A DNA stretch of 44,064 bases from the IMG/VR virus record IMGVR_UViG_2690316161_000025, one strand, 5' to 3'. The notes below the pieces were generated by a model. That model ran no database searches and had not been told where the DNA came from. It saw nothing but the letters and a program-made list of their open reading frames with translations. Made by a program: the position numbers and the translations under genes. This stretch comes from a virus. Lineage: Duplodnaviria; Heunggongvirae; Uroviricota; Caudoviricetes. Numbering within the stretch: position 1 is the stretch's first letter; each line of letters starts with the position of its first letter. Positions 9,169-18,347 of the stretch are shown here, piece after piece.

Positions 9169-9591
9169 ATGCAGCATGATTTATTTGAACACGATCCGGC
9201 AATTCGCCAGTTAATCGGACATATTGATAACATCCCGGCCCCGGAACTGGAATCACGCTGGCCCCGTTCGGTGGTTGATCTGATTGATGTTCTGGAAAAC
9301 GAACTGAAACGCCAGAACGTCAGCAATCCCCGTGAGCTTGCCCGTAAACAGGCCGTTGCCCTGTCCTGTTTTCTGGGCGGGCGGCAGTTTTACATCCCCT
9401 GCGGCGATACGATCCTGACCGCGTTACGCGACGATTTGCTTTACTGCCAGTTCAATGGTTGTAACATGGAAGAACTGCGTCGCCAGTATCGCCTGTCCCA
9501 GCCGCAGATCTACCAGATTATTGCCCGCCAGAGAAAGCTGCATACACGACGTCATCAGCCTGATCTGTTCTCACCTGAAAGCCAGAAATAA
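9169..9591 (+). CDS. C: C, late-gene transcriptional activator (140 aa)
   Basis: 140-aa ORF MQHDLFEHDPAIRQLIGHIDN...; paralogous to Mor; last gene of the middle operon. Confidence 0.9.
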   Translation: MQHDLFEHDPAIRQLIGHIDNIPAPELESRWPRSVVDLIDVLENELKRQNVSNPRELARKQAVALSCFLGGRQFYIPCGDTILTALRDDLLYCQFNGCNMEELRRQYRLSQPQIYQIIARQRKLHTRRHQPDLFSPESQK

Positions 9592-9614
9592 CCGGCATCC
9601 TGCCGGTTATTTCC
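9591..9614 (+). terminator. Probable terminator after C
   Basis: Hairpin accggca-tcc-tgccggt followed by T-rich tatttcc. Confidence 0.45.
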
Positions 9615-9682
9615 TGTCACCATAATCCCGCACCTGCCATCTGATTTTTTAGACTGCCATCAGAGCATTTTTTCAGGGAAGC
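9615..9682 (+). promoter_or_regulatory. Plys late promoter region (C-dependent), approximate
   Basis: Intergenic between C terminator and lys; contains tcccgcacct motif (9626-9635) shared with the I upstream region. Confidence 0.4.
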
Positions 9683-10201
9683 ATGATGGCGGGGATACCC
9701 AAAAAACTGAAAGCCGCACTGCTGGCGGCAACGATTGCCGGTGGCGGTGTGGGTGGTTATCAGGAAATGACCCGTCAGTCTCTGATCCATCTGGAAAATA
9801 TCGCTTATATGCCTTACCGCGATATTGCCGGTGTGCTTACGGTCTGTGTGGGACATACCGGGCCGGATATCGAAATGCGCCGTTACAGCCATGCGGAGTG
9901 TATGGCTCTTCTCGACGGTGATTTAAAACCGGTTTATGCGGCAATCGATCGTCTTGTCAGGGTGCCGCTGACGCCATATCAGAAAACGGCGCTGGCAACG
10001 TTTATTTTCAACACCGGTGTTACCGCATTCAGTAAATCAACGCTGCTGAAAAAACTCAATGCCGGTGATTACGCCGGAGCGCGTGACCAGATGGCCCGCT
10101 GGGTGTTTGCCGCAGGCCATAAATGGAAAGGACTGATGAACCGTCGCGAAGTGGAAATGGCTATCTGGAATATCAGGGGGGCGGATGACCTTCGCCAGTA
10201 A
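9683..10201 (+). CDS. lys: Endolysin with N-terminal signal-anchor-release (SAR) domain
   Basis: 172-aa ORF; N-terminal weakly hydrophobic Gly/Ala-rich segment LKAALLAATIAGGGVGGY, then lysozyme-like domain. Confidence 0.85.
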   Translation: MMAGIPKKLKAALLAATIAGGGVGGYQEMTRQSLIHLENIAYMPYRDIAGVLTVCVGHTGPDIEMRRYSHAECMALLDGDLKPVYAAIDRLVRVPLTPYQKTALATFIFNTGVTAFSKSTLLKKLNAGDYAGARDQMARWVFAAGHKWKGLMNRREVEMAIWNIRGADDLRQ

Positions 10202-10571
10202 AAGTTTACTGCTGGCAGCCGTGTTTGCCGCCGTTCTGTCCGGGGTGTTGTGGCACAGGCTGGACAGCACCCGCCACGATAACCAGACGCTGCGCCGTGA
10301 ATTACAGACGGAGCAACAGGCCCGCAACACGGCTGAATGGTTGTTACACGGTCAGGAACAGACGATGCAGGTATTTTCCACTATCCGTGCCGCAAATCGT
10401 GCCGCGCGGCTGGCAGACGAGACAGAACATCATGATGCAAAACAAAAAATTACAACCGCCATTACCGGTGACAATTGCAGCACTCGTCCTGTGCCTGCCG
10501 TTGCTGCTGACAGGTTGCGGGAACTCGAAAAACGCACCCGTGCCATCGGTGGTGATCCTGCCCGAAACTGA
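10185..10571 (+). CDS. Inner-membrane spanin component (i-spanin) candidate
   Basis: N-terminal TM segment SLLLAAVFAAVLSGVLW then charged, helical periplasmic region; located right after endolysin. Confidence 0.55.
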   Translation: MTFASKSLLLAAVFAAVLSGVLWHRLDSTRHDNQTLRRELQTEQQARNTAEWLLHGQEQTMQVFSTIRAANRAARLADETEHHDAKQKITTAITGDNCSTRPVPAVAADRLRELEKRTRAIGGDPARN

Positions 10572-10773
10572 TGCAGAACTGACGGAAGCAACGCCCGTTC
10601 CGCCCATGCCACAGCCCCTGACGTGGGGAGCATCCCTTCTCTGGAATGCTGACCTGTTGATGGCGCTCGGGCAGTGCAACCGCGACAAGGCATCAGTCCG
10701 GGAACAGGAGACCCGAAGGAAAGAAATTTATGAACGAAGACCAGAACCGGGCGGTGGCGCTGCTGCTCGCTGA
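10432..10773 (+). CDS. Outer-membrane lipoprotein spanin component (o-spanin) candidate, overlapping i-spanin in another frame
   Basis: Internal ATG 10432; signal peptide MMQNKKLQPPLPVTIAALVLCLPLLLTGC with lipobox LLTGC; Pro-rich mature part. Confidence 0.5.
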   Translation: MMQNKKLQPPLPVTIAALVLCLPLLLTGCGNSKNAPVPSVVILPETDAELTEATPVPPMPQPLTWGASLLWNADLLMALGQCNRDKASVREQETRRKEIYERRPEPGGGAAAR

Positions 10774-10924
10774 ACTCTGGCAGGGGGATACCCGTGATAT
10801 TCCCCGCCCGGCGGCGTATGACCCGCCTGTATTGTGTGCCGGTTGCGGTCGTGAGCTGCGGCCTGATGTGCTGAGACAGCAGCCGATGGCGAACTACTGC
10901 CACTGGTGCCGTGGAGCAGAATAA
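10730..10924 (+). CDS. Small Cys-containing protein (64 aa, CAGCG...CHWC)
   Basis: ORF with SD gaaggaaag; two Cys pairs suggest zinc ribbon. Confidence 0.4.
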   Translation: MNEDQNRAVALLLAELWQGDTRDIPRPAAYDPPVLCAGCGRELRPDVLRQQPMANYCHWCRGAE

Positions 10925-11223
10925 TGGATTTGATTTCAGTTTTAGCGTTATGGCCTTACCTGTTGCCTGTTGTGGCCGGTGGGGCCGTCTGGGCAATGCG
11001 TCGTAGTTTTGCCAGCACTGAGCGTGTGGAGCGTCTTGAAAACCGGATGACCGAAATGGAAACCCGCTACGCCAGCATCCCTGGCACAGAAGATGTACAC
11101 GAAATGCGCCTGCGAATTGCAGAGCTGTCCGGCGATATCCGGGTGCTGTCCCAGCGGGTGCAGTCATTTTCCCATCAACTGGAGCTGCTGCTTGAAAACG
11201 CAGTAAACCGGAGTAATTCATGA
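10924..11223 (+). CDS. Membrane-anchored coiled-coil protein, lysis-cassette associated
   Basis: ATG 10924 overlapping upstream stop; N-terminal TM MDLISVLALWPYLLPVVAGGAVWA then heptad-like helix. Confidence 0.45.
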   Translation: MDLISVLALWPYLLPVVAGGAVWAMRRSFASTERVERLENRMTEMETRYASIPGTEDVHEMRLRIAELSGDIRVLSQRVQSFSHQLELLLENAVNRSNS

Positions 11224-11510
11224 TTAACGATATTCTGACCGAAGACCGTCGTCTGGTCATCCTGCGTTCCCTGATGGACTGCAATAACGAAGCAAACGAA
11301 TCCATTCTTCAGGACTGTCTGGATGCATACGGACACAACGTTTCCCGCGATGTGGTTCGCGGCCAGATTGACTGGCTGGCAGAGCAGCAACTGGTCACCG
11401 TGGAAAACCTGCGCGGCTTTTATGTCGTAACGCTGACCTCCCGAGGTCAGGATGTGGCAGAAGGTCGTGCCCGCGTTGCCGGTGTCAAGCGTCCTCGTCC
11501 CCGTGCATGA
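11220..11510 (+). CDS. Hypothetical protein (96 aa), possibly winged-helix
   Basis: ORF with SD ccggag; immediately upstream of terminase genes. Confidence 0.45.
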   Translation: MINDILTEDRRLVILRSLMDCNNEANESILQDCLDAYGHNVSRDVVRGQIDWLAEQQLVTVENLRGFYVVTLTSRGQDVAEGRARVAGVKRPRPRA

Positions 11511-11521
11511 CAGGAGGCGTG

Positions 11522-12097
11522 ATGGACAGGAAAACACGGGGCCGGGCTTCAAAAGTGGATTTATTGCCGGAAAACGTACGTAAAACGCTGCATGAAATGC
11601 TGCGTGATAAAGCGATCCCACAGGCCCGCATTCTGGAAGAAATTAACGCACTGATTGAAGACGCTGGCCTGCCGGATGAGATGAAACTCTCCCGTTCCGG
11701 TCTGAACCGTTACGCGACGAACGTCGAGCAGGTAGGCCATAACCTGCGACAGATGCGTGAAATGACGTCAGCACTGACCGCAGAACTTGGCGACAAGCCA
11801 ATGGGAGAAACCACAAAGCTGATTCTGGAAATGGCCCGCAGCCAGCTTTTTAAGGCCATGATGCGGCAAATCGAAAACCCGGAATCTGACGTGGATATTG
11901 ACCTGCTGAAAAATGCCATGCTGGCGGCACAGCGTCTGGAATCCACGGCAATGTCCAGCCACCGGCGCGAGAAAGAAATCCGCCAGGCATTCGCAGAAGA
12001 AGCGGCAAACGCCGTCAGTGAAGAACTGCGCGGGCAGGATGGCATCAGCGAAGAGCTGGAGCAGCGTATCCGTGATGTGCTGCTGGGTAAGGCATGA
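11522..12097 (+). CDS. D: Terminase small subunit candidate (Mu D)
   Basis: ATG 11522 with strong SD caggaggcg (ORF track start 11507); position directly upstream of large terminase. Confidence 0.6.
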   Translation: MDRKTRGRASKVDLLPENVRKTLHEMLRDKAIPQARILEEINALIEDAGLPDEMKLSRSGLNRYATNVEQVGHNLRQMREMTSALTAELGDKPMGETTKLILEMARSQLFKAMMRQIENPESDVDIDLLKNAMLAAQRLESTAMSSHRREKEIRQAFAEEAANAVSEELRGQDGISEELEQRIRDVLLGKA

Positions 12098-12104
12098 GAG
12101 GGTT

Positions 12105-13760
12105 ATGAACACCAGAGAAAACAACCTTAAAGCCCTTCATGCGCCCCGCAAAATCAACCTGCGTGAGGAAGCCGAACTGCTCGGCGTGAATATCGTGACC
12201 GATATCGGTGAAGCACAGCCCCGCAATGAACCGGTTTTCCTGGGTTATCAGCGCCGCTGGTTTGAGGATGAAAGCCAGATTTGCATCGCTGAAAAATCCC
12301 GTCGTACCGGTCTGACATGGGCCGAAGCGGGCCGCAATGTCATGACGGCAGCAAAGCCGCGCCGCCGTGGCGGTCGCAACGTCTTTTATGTGGGTTCCCG
12401 TCAGGAAATGGCGCTGGAATATATCGCCGCCTGTGCCCTGTTTGCCCGCGCCTTTAACCAGCTGGCAAAGGCTGATGTCTGGGAGCAGACCTTCTGGGAC
12501 AGCGACAAAAAAGAAGAAATCCTCACTTATATGATCCGTTTCCCTAACAGCGGATTTAAGGTGCAGGCGCTGTCAAGCCGTCCGTCTAACCTGCGTGGTT
12601 TGCAGGGGGACGTGGTGATTGATGAGGCGGCATTTCATGAAGCCCTGGACGAACTCCTGAAAGCGGCTTTTGCTCTCACCATGTGGGGTGCCAACGTGCG
12701 GATCATATCGACACATAACGGCGTCGATAACCTGTTTAACCAGTACATTCAGGATGCGCGCGAGGGGCGCAAGGATTACAGCGTTCACCGCATCACGCTG
12801 GATGATGCCATCGCTGACGGGTTGTACCGACGTATCTGTTACGTCACGAATCAGCCGTGGTCGCCGGAAGCGGAAAAAGCCTGGCGTGATGGCCTGTACC
12901 GGAATGCGCCGAATAAAGAGAGTGCCGACGAGGAATACGGCTGCATTCCTAAAAAATCCGGGGGCGCTTATCTGTCACGCGTGCTGATTGAAGCCGCCAT
13001 GACGCCAGCGCGGGATATCCCGATTCTGCGTTTTGAAGCCCCGGACGATTTTGAATCGCTGACACCACAAATGCGCCACGGCATCGTTCAGGACTGGTGT
13101 GAACAGGAGCTGCTCCCGTTGCTCGATGCGCTGTCGCCGCTCAATAAACACGTACTGGGCGAAGACTTTGCACGCCGTGGCGACCTGTCGGTGTTTGTGC
13201 CGCTTGCCATCACTCCTGACTTACGCAAACGCGAATGTTTCCGCGTGGAGCTGCGTAATGTGACCTATGACCAGCAGCGACAAATCCTTTTATTCATTCT
13301 GTCCCGTTTGCCCCGTTTTACCGGCGCTGCATTTGATGCCACCGGTAACGGCGGTTATCTGGCAGAAGCCGCCCGTCTGATTTATGGCCCGGAGATGATC
13401 GACTGTGTGAATCTGACCGCATCCTGGTATCAGGAGTGGATGCCAAAACTGAAAGGCGAGTTTGAAGCGCAGAACATCACGATTGCCCGGCACCAGACCA
13501 CACTTGATGACCTGCTCCACATCAAGGTGGACAAAGGTATTCCGCAGATTGATAAGGGGCGCACAAAAGATGAAGGCGGTAAAGGCCGACGACATGGCGA
13601 CTTTGCCGTGGCGCTCTGTATGGCTGTCAGGGCGTCTTATATGAATGGTTTTGTTATCGACGAGGACAGCATACAGGCGCTGCCACCACGCCACCGTGGT
13701 GATGATGTTGATAACGATGATTTTGATGATTATCACCAGTTTGAACGAGGGGGCTGGTAA
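12105..13760 (+). CDS. E: Terminase large subunit (Mu E), about 551 aa
   Basis: ATG 12105 (MNTRENNLKAL...) with SD gagaggg; large ORF preceding the portal gene; ORF track extends upstream to 11913 in the same frame. Confidence 0.8.
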   Translation: MNTRENNLKALHAPRKINLREEAELLGVNIVTDIGEAQPRNEPVFLGYQRRWFEDESQICIAEKSRRTGLTWAEAGRNVMTAAKPRRRGGRNVFYVGSRQEMALEYIAACALFARAFNQLAKADVWEQTFWDSDKKEEILTYMIRFPNSGFKVQALSSRPSNLRGLQGDVVIDEAAFHEALDELLKAAFALTMWGANVRIISTHNGVDNLFNQYIQDAREGRKDYSVHRITLDDAIADGLYRRICYVTNQPWSPEAEKAWRDGLYRNAPNKESADEEYGCIPKKSGGAYLSRVLIEAAMTPARDIPILRFEAPDDFESLTPQMRHGIVQDWCEQELLPLLDALSPLNKHVLGEDFARRGDLSVFVPLAITPDLRKRECFRVELRNVTYDQQRQILLFILSRLPRFTGAAFDATGNGGYLAEAARLIYGPEMIDCVNLTASWYQEWMPKLKGEFEAQNITIARHQTTLDDLLHIKVDKGIPQIDKGRTKDEGGKGRRHGDFAVALCMAVRASYMNGFVIDEDSIQALPPRHRGDDVDNDDFDDYHQFERGGW

Positions 13761-15298
13761 TGGGCCGTATTCTGGATATTTCCGGGCAGCCGTTTGATTT
13801 TGACGATGAAATGCAGACCCGCAGCGATGAGCTGGCAATGGTCATGAAGCGCACGCAGGAGCATCCTTCCAGTGGTGTGACGCCAAACCGGGCCGCGCAG
13901 ATGCTGCGTGATGCCGAACGCGGTGATCTGACAGCACAGGCTGACCTGGCCTTTGATATGGAAGAAAAGGACACCCACCTTTTTTCCGAACTGAGCAAAC
14001 GCCGCCTTGCCATTCAGGCGCTGGAATGGCGCATCGCTCCGGCACGTGATGCCAGCGCACAGGAGAAAAAAGACGCTGACATGCTGAATGAATATCTGCA
14101 TGATGCGGCGTGGTTTGAAGATGCCCTGTTTGATGCCGGTGATGCCATTCTCAAGGGTTATTCCATGCAGGAGATTGAATGGGGCTGGCTGGGAAAAATG
14201 CGCGTGCCGGTGGCGCTGCATCATCGCGATCCGGCGCTGTTCTGCGCGAACCCCGATAATCTGAACGAATTACGTTTGCGTGATACGTCTTATCACGGGC
14301 TGGAGCTGCAACCATTCGGCTGGTTTATGCACCGGGCCAAATCCCGCACCGGGTACGTTGGCACCAATGGCCTTGTGCGCACGCTTATCTGGCCTTTTAT
14401 TTTTAAAAACTATTCCGTGCGTGATTTTGCGGAGTTCCTGGAAATTTACGGACTCCCCATGCGCGTCGGTAAATATCCGACCGGCTCCACAAACCGCGAA
14501 AAAGCCACGCTGATGCAGGCCGTGATGGATATCGGGCGACGTGCCGGTGGCATTATTCCGATGGGGATGACGCTGGATTTTCAGAGCGCCGCAGATGGTC
14601 AGTCTGATCCCTTTATGGCGATGATTGGCTGGGCAGAAAAAGCGATTTCAAAAGCCATTCTGGGCGGCACCCTGACCACAGAGGCTGGCGATAAAGGTGC
14701 ACGGTCGCTGGGTGAAGTGCATGATGAGGTTCGCCGGGAAATCCGTAACGCGGATGTGGGCCAGCTTGCCCGCAGTATTAACCGTGACCTGATTTATCCC
14801 CTGCTGGCACTGAACAGTGACAGCACCATTGATATTAACCGCCTGCCGGGCATTGTATTTGATACCAGTGAAGCGGGTGATATTACGGCACTGTCTGACG
14901 CCATTCCGAAACTGGCGGCGGGAATGCGTATTCCGGTCTCCTGGATACAGGAAAAACTTCATATTCCACAGCCGGTCGGTGATGAAGCCGTGTTTACTGC
15001 TCAACCGGTCGTCATGGATAACGGTCCGCAGAAAGAGGCCGCATTATCCGCTGAAGATATCCCGCAGGAGGATGATATCGACCGGATGGGCGTCTCACCG
15101 GAAGACTGGCAGCGTTCGGTTGATCCCCTGCTGAAACCCGTCATTTTTTCTGTGCTGAAAGATGGCCCGGAAGCCGCCATGAACAAAGCTGCTTCATTAT
15201 ATCCGCAGATGGATGATGCAGAACTTATCGACATGCTGACCCGTGCCATTTTTGTTGCCGATATATGGGGGCGTCTGGATGCCGCAGCAGACCATTGA
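13760..15298 (+). CDS. H: Portal protein (Mu H), 512 aa
   Basis: Large ORF following terminase with ATGA-type overlap; size and position match Mu portal. Confidence 0.85.
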   Translation: MGRILDISGQPFDFDDEMQTRSDELAMVMKRTQEHPSSGVTPNRAAQMLRDAERGDLTAQADLAFDMEEKDTHLFSELSKRRLAIQALEWRIAPARDASAQEKKDADMLNEYLHDAAWFEDALFDAGDAILKGYSMQEIEWGWLGKMRVPVALHHRDPALFCANPDNLNELRLRDTSYHGLELQPFGWFMHRAKSRTGYVGTNGLVRTLIWPFIFKNYSVRDFAEFLEIYGLPMRVGKYPTGSTNREKATLMQAVMDIGRRAGGIIPMGMTLDFQSAADGQSDPFMAMIGWAEKAISKAILGGTLTTEAGDKGARSLGEVHDEVRREIRNADVGQLARSINRDLIYPLLALNSDSTIDINRLPGIVFDTSEAGDITALSDAIPKLAAGMRIPVSWIQEKLHIPQPVGDEAVFTAQPVVMDNGPQKEAALSAEDIPQEDDIDRMGVSPEDWQRSVDPLLKPVIFSVLKDGPEAAMNKAASLYPQMDDAELIDMLTRAIFVADIWGRLDAAADH

Positions 15299-16598
15299 TC
15301 TGGCGTATGCCGCACGCCTCCCGCCAAAGGAGGCTGTCGCGTATTTCCGCGCCAAAGGCTACAATATCACCTGGAACTGGTACGAACAACTGGCAGACGC
15401 GCACGCACGCGCCTTTACCGTTGCCAAAGCCACCCGGATGGATGTACTGACCACAATCCGTGAGGAAGTGGAGCGGGCTGTCAGTGAAGGCATCACCCGT
15501 GAGGAATTTACCCGCACACTGGCCCCCCGGCTGCAAAAACTCGGATGGTGGGGAAAACAAATCATCGTGGATGCAGACGGAAACGCAAAGGTAATCGAGC
15601 TGGGCAGTCCGCGTCGTCTGGCAACCATTTATAACGTCAATACCCGTACGGCGTATGGGGCAGGACGTTATGCGCAGATGATGAATACCGCCGATTTGTA
15701 CCCGTACTGGCAGTACATTGCCGTTATGGATGGCAGAACACGCCCGGAACATGCGCGGCTGCACAATATGGTTTTCCGGTATGACGACATTTTCTGGCAG
15801 ACGCATTACCCGCCCAATGGCTGGAACTGCCGCTGTCGCGTCCGGGCGCTGTCTGCGGCCCGCATGAAAGAACTGGGGTTACAGGTCAGTTATGGTGCGT
15901 CATTCATGAATACCCGCGAAGTGGATGCCGGTACGGATGAAAGCACCGGCGAGATTTTCCGCACATCGTCAACCACGTTTGACAACGGTCGGGTAAAAAT
16001 GACGCCGGATGTGGGCTGGTCATATAACCCCGGTTCGGCGGCATTTGGTACGGATCAGGCACTGATTCGAAAACTGGTGGAAATTCGCGACGCGCAGTTG
16101 CGTGAGCAGGTTGTTCAGACGCTGAATAACAGCCGGGAGCGTCAGCTTGCTTTTTCCCTCTGGCTTAAACGCCTGGCAGGATTACGTCAGACCGGTCATG
16201 AAATCCGGGCACTGGGTTTTATGACGGAATCGGTAGCTGAAGCCGTACATCAGCGCACCGGGAATATGCCAGCCCGTCTGCTTGTGATGAACGGGAAAAG
16301 TCTGGCGACCACTGCTGATGCCGCCCTGAAACCGGAAGATTTACAGCGTCTGCCGTCGCTGATGGCAAAACCACAGGCGGTATTGTGGGACAGGGAGAAC
16401 CACCAGTTGCTGTATGTTGTGGCAACCCGTGACGGCATGGCCCGGATTGTGGTCAGAACATCACAGACAGTCGGCAGGCAGAATGACCGTGCGGATGTGC
16501 TGGTCAGTATCAGCCGCGTATCTGCACAGTCGCTTGAAGCCGCGATTGCTGACGGGATGATTGACGTACTGGAGGGGCATGTGGAGGTGAATAAGTGA
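15279..16598 (+). CDS. F: Head morphogenesis protein (Mu F), virion protein
   Basis: ATG 15279 (MPQQTIDLAYAARL...); follows portal as in Mu. Confidence 0.75.
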   Translation: MPQQTIDLAYAARLPPKEAVAYFRAKGYNITWNWYEQLADAHARAFTVAKATRMDVLTTIREEVERAVSEGITREEFTRTLAPRLQKLGWWGKQIIVDADGNAKVIELGSPRRLATIYNVNTRTAYGAGRYAQMMNTADLYPYWQYIAVMDGRTRPEHARLHNMVFRYDDIFWQTHYPPNGWNCRCRVRALSAARMKELGLQVSYGASFMNTREVDAGTDESTGEIFRTSSTTFDNGRVKMTPDVGWSYNPGSAAFGTDQALIRKLVEIRDAQLREQVVQTLNNSRERQLAFSLWLKRLAGLRQTGHEIRALGFMTESVAEAVHQRTGNMPARLLVMNGKSLATTADAALKPEDLQRLPSLMAKPQAVLWDRENHQLLYVVATRDGMARIVVRTSQTVGRQNDRADVLVSISRVSAQSLEAAIADGMIDVLEGHVEVNK

Positions 16599-16606
16599 GT
16601 CTTGAT

Positions 16607-17065
16607 ATGAACGTTGCCGTGGATGTGCGACGTATTCAGCTTGCACTGGATGAACTGGGAACCGTTACACGTGACCGCGCCATTCCCCGTGTGATGGCTG
16701 CGGCGCTGCTGTCATCCACGGAACAGGCATTTGAACGGCAGGCAGACCCGGATACAGGGAAAGGCTGGGAAGCGTGGAGCGATTCGTGGCTGGCATGGCG
16801 TCAGGATCATGGTTTTGTTCCGGGCAGTATCCTTACCCTGCATGGCGATCTGGCACGCAGCATTACCACCGATTATGGACAGGATTATGCCCTGATTGGT
16901 TCGCCAAAAATTTATGCTGCCATTCATCAGTGGGGCGGTACACCCGATATGGCACCCCGCCCGGCAGGCGTTCCTGCTCGTCCTTATATGGGGCTGGATA
17001 AGACCGGGGAACAGGAAATTTTTGATGCCATCAGAAAACGCGTCAGCGTCGCTCTGAGGCAATAA
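16607..17065 (+). CDS. G: Virion morphogenesis protein (Mu G / gp31)
   Basis: ORF MNVAVDVRRIQLALDELG...; ATG 16607 (GTG 16595 alternative). Confidence 0.7.
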   Translation: MNVAVDVRRIQLALDELGTVTRDRAIPRVMAAALLSSTEQAFERQADPDTGKGWEAWSDSWLAWRQDHGFVPGSILTLHGDLARSITTDYGQDYALIGSPKIYAAIHQWGGTPDMAPRPAGVPARPYMGLDKTGEQEIFDAIRKRVSVALRQ

Positions 17066-17261
17066 ACAGAATCAGGCATAAAATCAGCCGCACAGATTTT
17101 TTAAAACGCGCCACGGGATTTTTAAACCGGTATTTAACGGTGTATGAATCCCGTTTTATCTTCCTTCCACTTTCTTTCTCCATTACTCAAATAGCATAAC
17201 CCCAGATTTTCCCGCACCTCCCGCAAACTGACTGCTCACAAACCATGATGAGCAGCAGGAC
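17066..17261. other. G-I intergenic region: probable location of the Mu strong gyrase site (SGS) and the C-dependent PI promoter
   Basis: 196-bp non-coding gap near the centre of the Mu genome; contains cccgcacct motif at 17211-17219. Confidence 0.4.
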
Positions 17262-18347
17262 ATGAAAAAACACGCGATTGGCATTGCCGCATTGAGTGCG
17301 CTGTCCATTGACGATGACGGCTGGTGCCAGCTATTGCCTGCCGGTCATTTCAGTGCCCGTGATGGTCGTCCGTTTGATGTGACAGGTGGTCAGGGGTGGT
17401 TCATCGACGGTGAGATTGCCGGGCGTCTGGTTGAAGGCGTTCGCGCGCTCAACCAGGACGTGCTGATTGATTACGAGCATAACCAGCTACGTAAGGACAA
17501 AGGATTACCCCCGGAACAACTCGTCGCGGCTGGCTGGTTTAACGCCGATGAAATGCAGTGGCGTGAAGGTGAAGGATTATTTATCCACCCACGCTGGACG
17601 GCGGCGGCACAGCAGCGCATCGATGACGGTGAATTTGGTTATCTCTCTGCGGTTTTTCCGTATGACACCGCCACCGGTGCGGTGCTGCAAATCCGCCTTG
17701 CTGCGCTGACCAATGACCCCGGTGCCACCGGCATGAAAAAGCTGACCGCACTGGCGGCAGACCTTCCCGACATCCTTCAACAGGAGAACAAACCCATGAA
17801 TGAAACGCTGCGCAAGCTGCTTGCGCGTCTTGGGGTGACGGTCCCCGAAAATGCAGACATCACCGATGAACAGGCCAGCGCGGCCCTGAGTGCGCTTGAT
17901 GCGCTCGAAACAGATGCCGGAAAAGTGGCGTCGTTATCCGCCGAACTGGAAAAGGCACAGAAAGCCGCCGTTGACCTGACGAAATACGTCCCGGTGGAAA
18001 GCTACAACGCCCTGCGTGATGAACTGGCACAGGCGACTGCACAAAGCGCCACAGCCAGCCTGAGCGCCGTTCTGGACAAGGCGGAACAGGAAGGCCGCAT
18101 TTTCAAAAGCGAACGTGCCTATCTGGAACAGCTTGGCGGTCAGATTGGCGTGGCGGCACTGTCGGCACAGCTTGAGAAAAAACAGCCCATCGCTGCGTTA
18201 TCTGCCATGCAGACCACCACAGCGAAAATCCCGTCGCAGGAAAAAACGGCTGTGGCGGTGCTGTCTGCTGATGAACAGGCAGCAGTGAAGGCGCTCGGCA
18301 TTACAGAGGCTGAGTATCTGAAAATGAAACAGGAACAAGAAAAATGA
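17262..18347 (+). CDS. I: Prohead protease/scaffold (Mu I; internally initiated scaffold Z shares the C-terminal part)
   Basis: 361-aa ORF; Ala/Gln-rich helical C-terminal half typical of scaffold; directly upstream of major capsid gene. Confidence 0.8.
   Translation: MKKHAIGIAALSALSIDDDGWCQLLPAGHFSARDGRPFDVTGGQGWFIDGEIAGRLVEGVRALNQDVLIDYEHNQLRKDKGLPPEQLVAAGWFNADEMQWREGEGLFIHPRWTAAAQQRIDDGEFGYLSAVFPYDTATGAVLQIRLAALTNDPGATGMKKLTALAADLPDILQQENKPMNETLRKLLARLGVTVPENADITDEQASAALSALDALETDAGKVASLSAELEKAQKAAVDLTKYVPVESYNALRDELAQATAQSATASLSAVLDKAEQEGRIFKSERAYLEQLGGQIGVAALSAQLEKKQPIAALSAMQTTTAKIPSQEKTAVAVLSADEQAAVKALGITEAEYLKMKQEQEK

Noticed and set aside
10430-11305. 291-aa minus-strand ORF antisense to the lysis and terminase-proximal genes
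   Set aside because: Overlaps several well-supported plus-strand genes; Arg/Ser/Pro-rich low-complexity translation; no start context.
12573-13838. Minus-strand and alternative plus-strand ORFs inside the large terminase gene
   Set aside because: Embedded in the E coding region; no independent start context.
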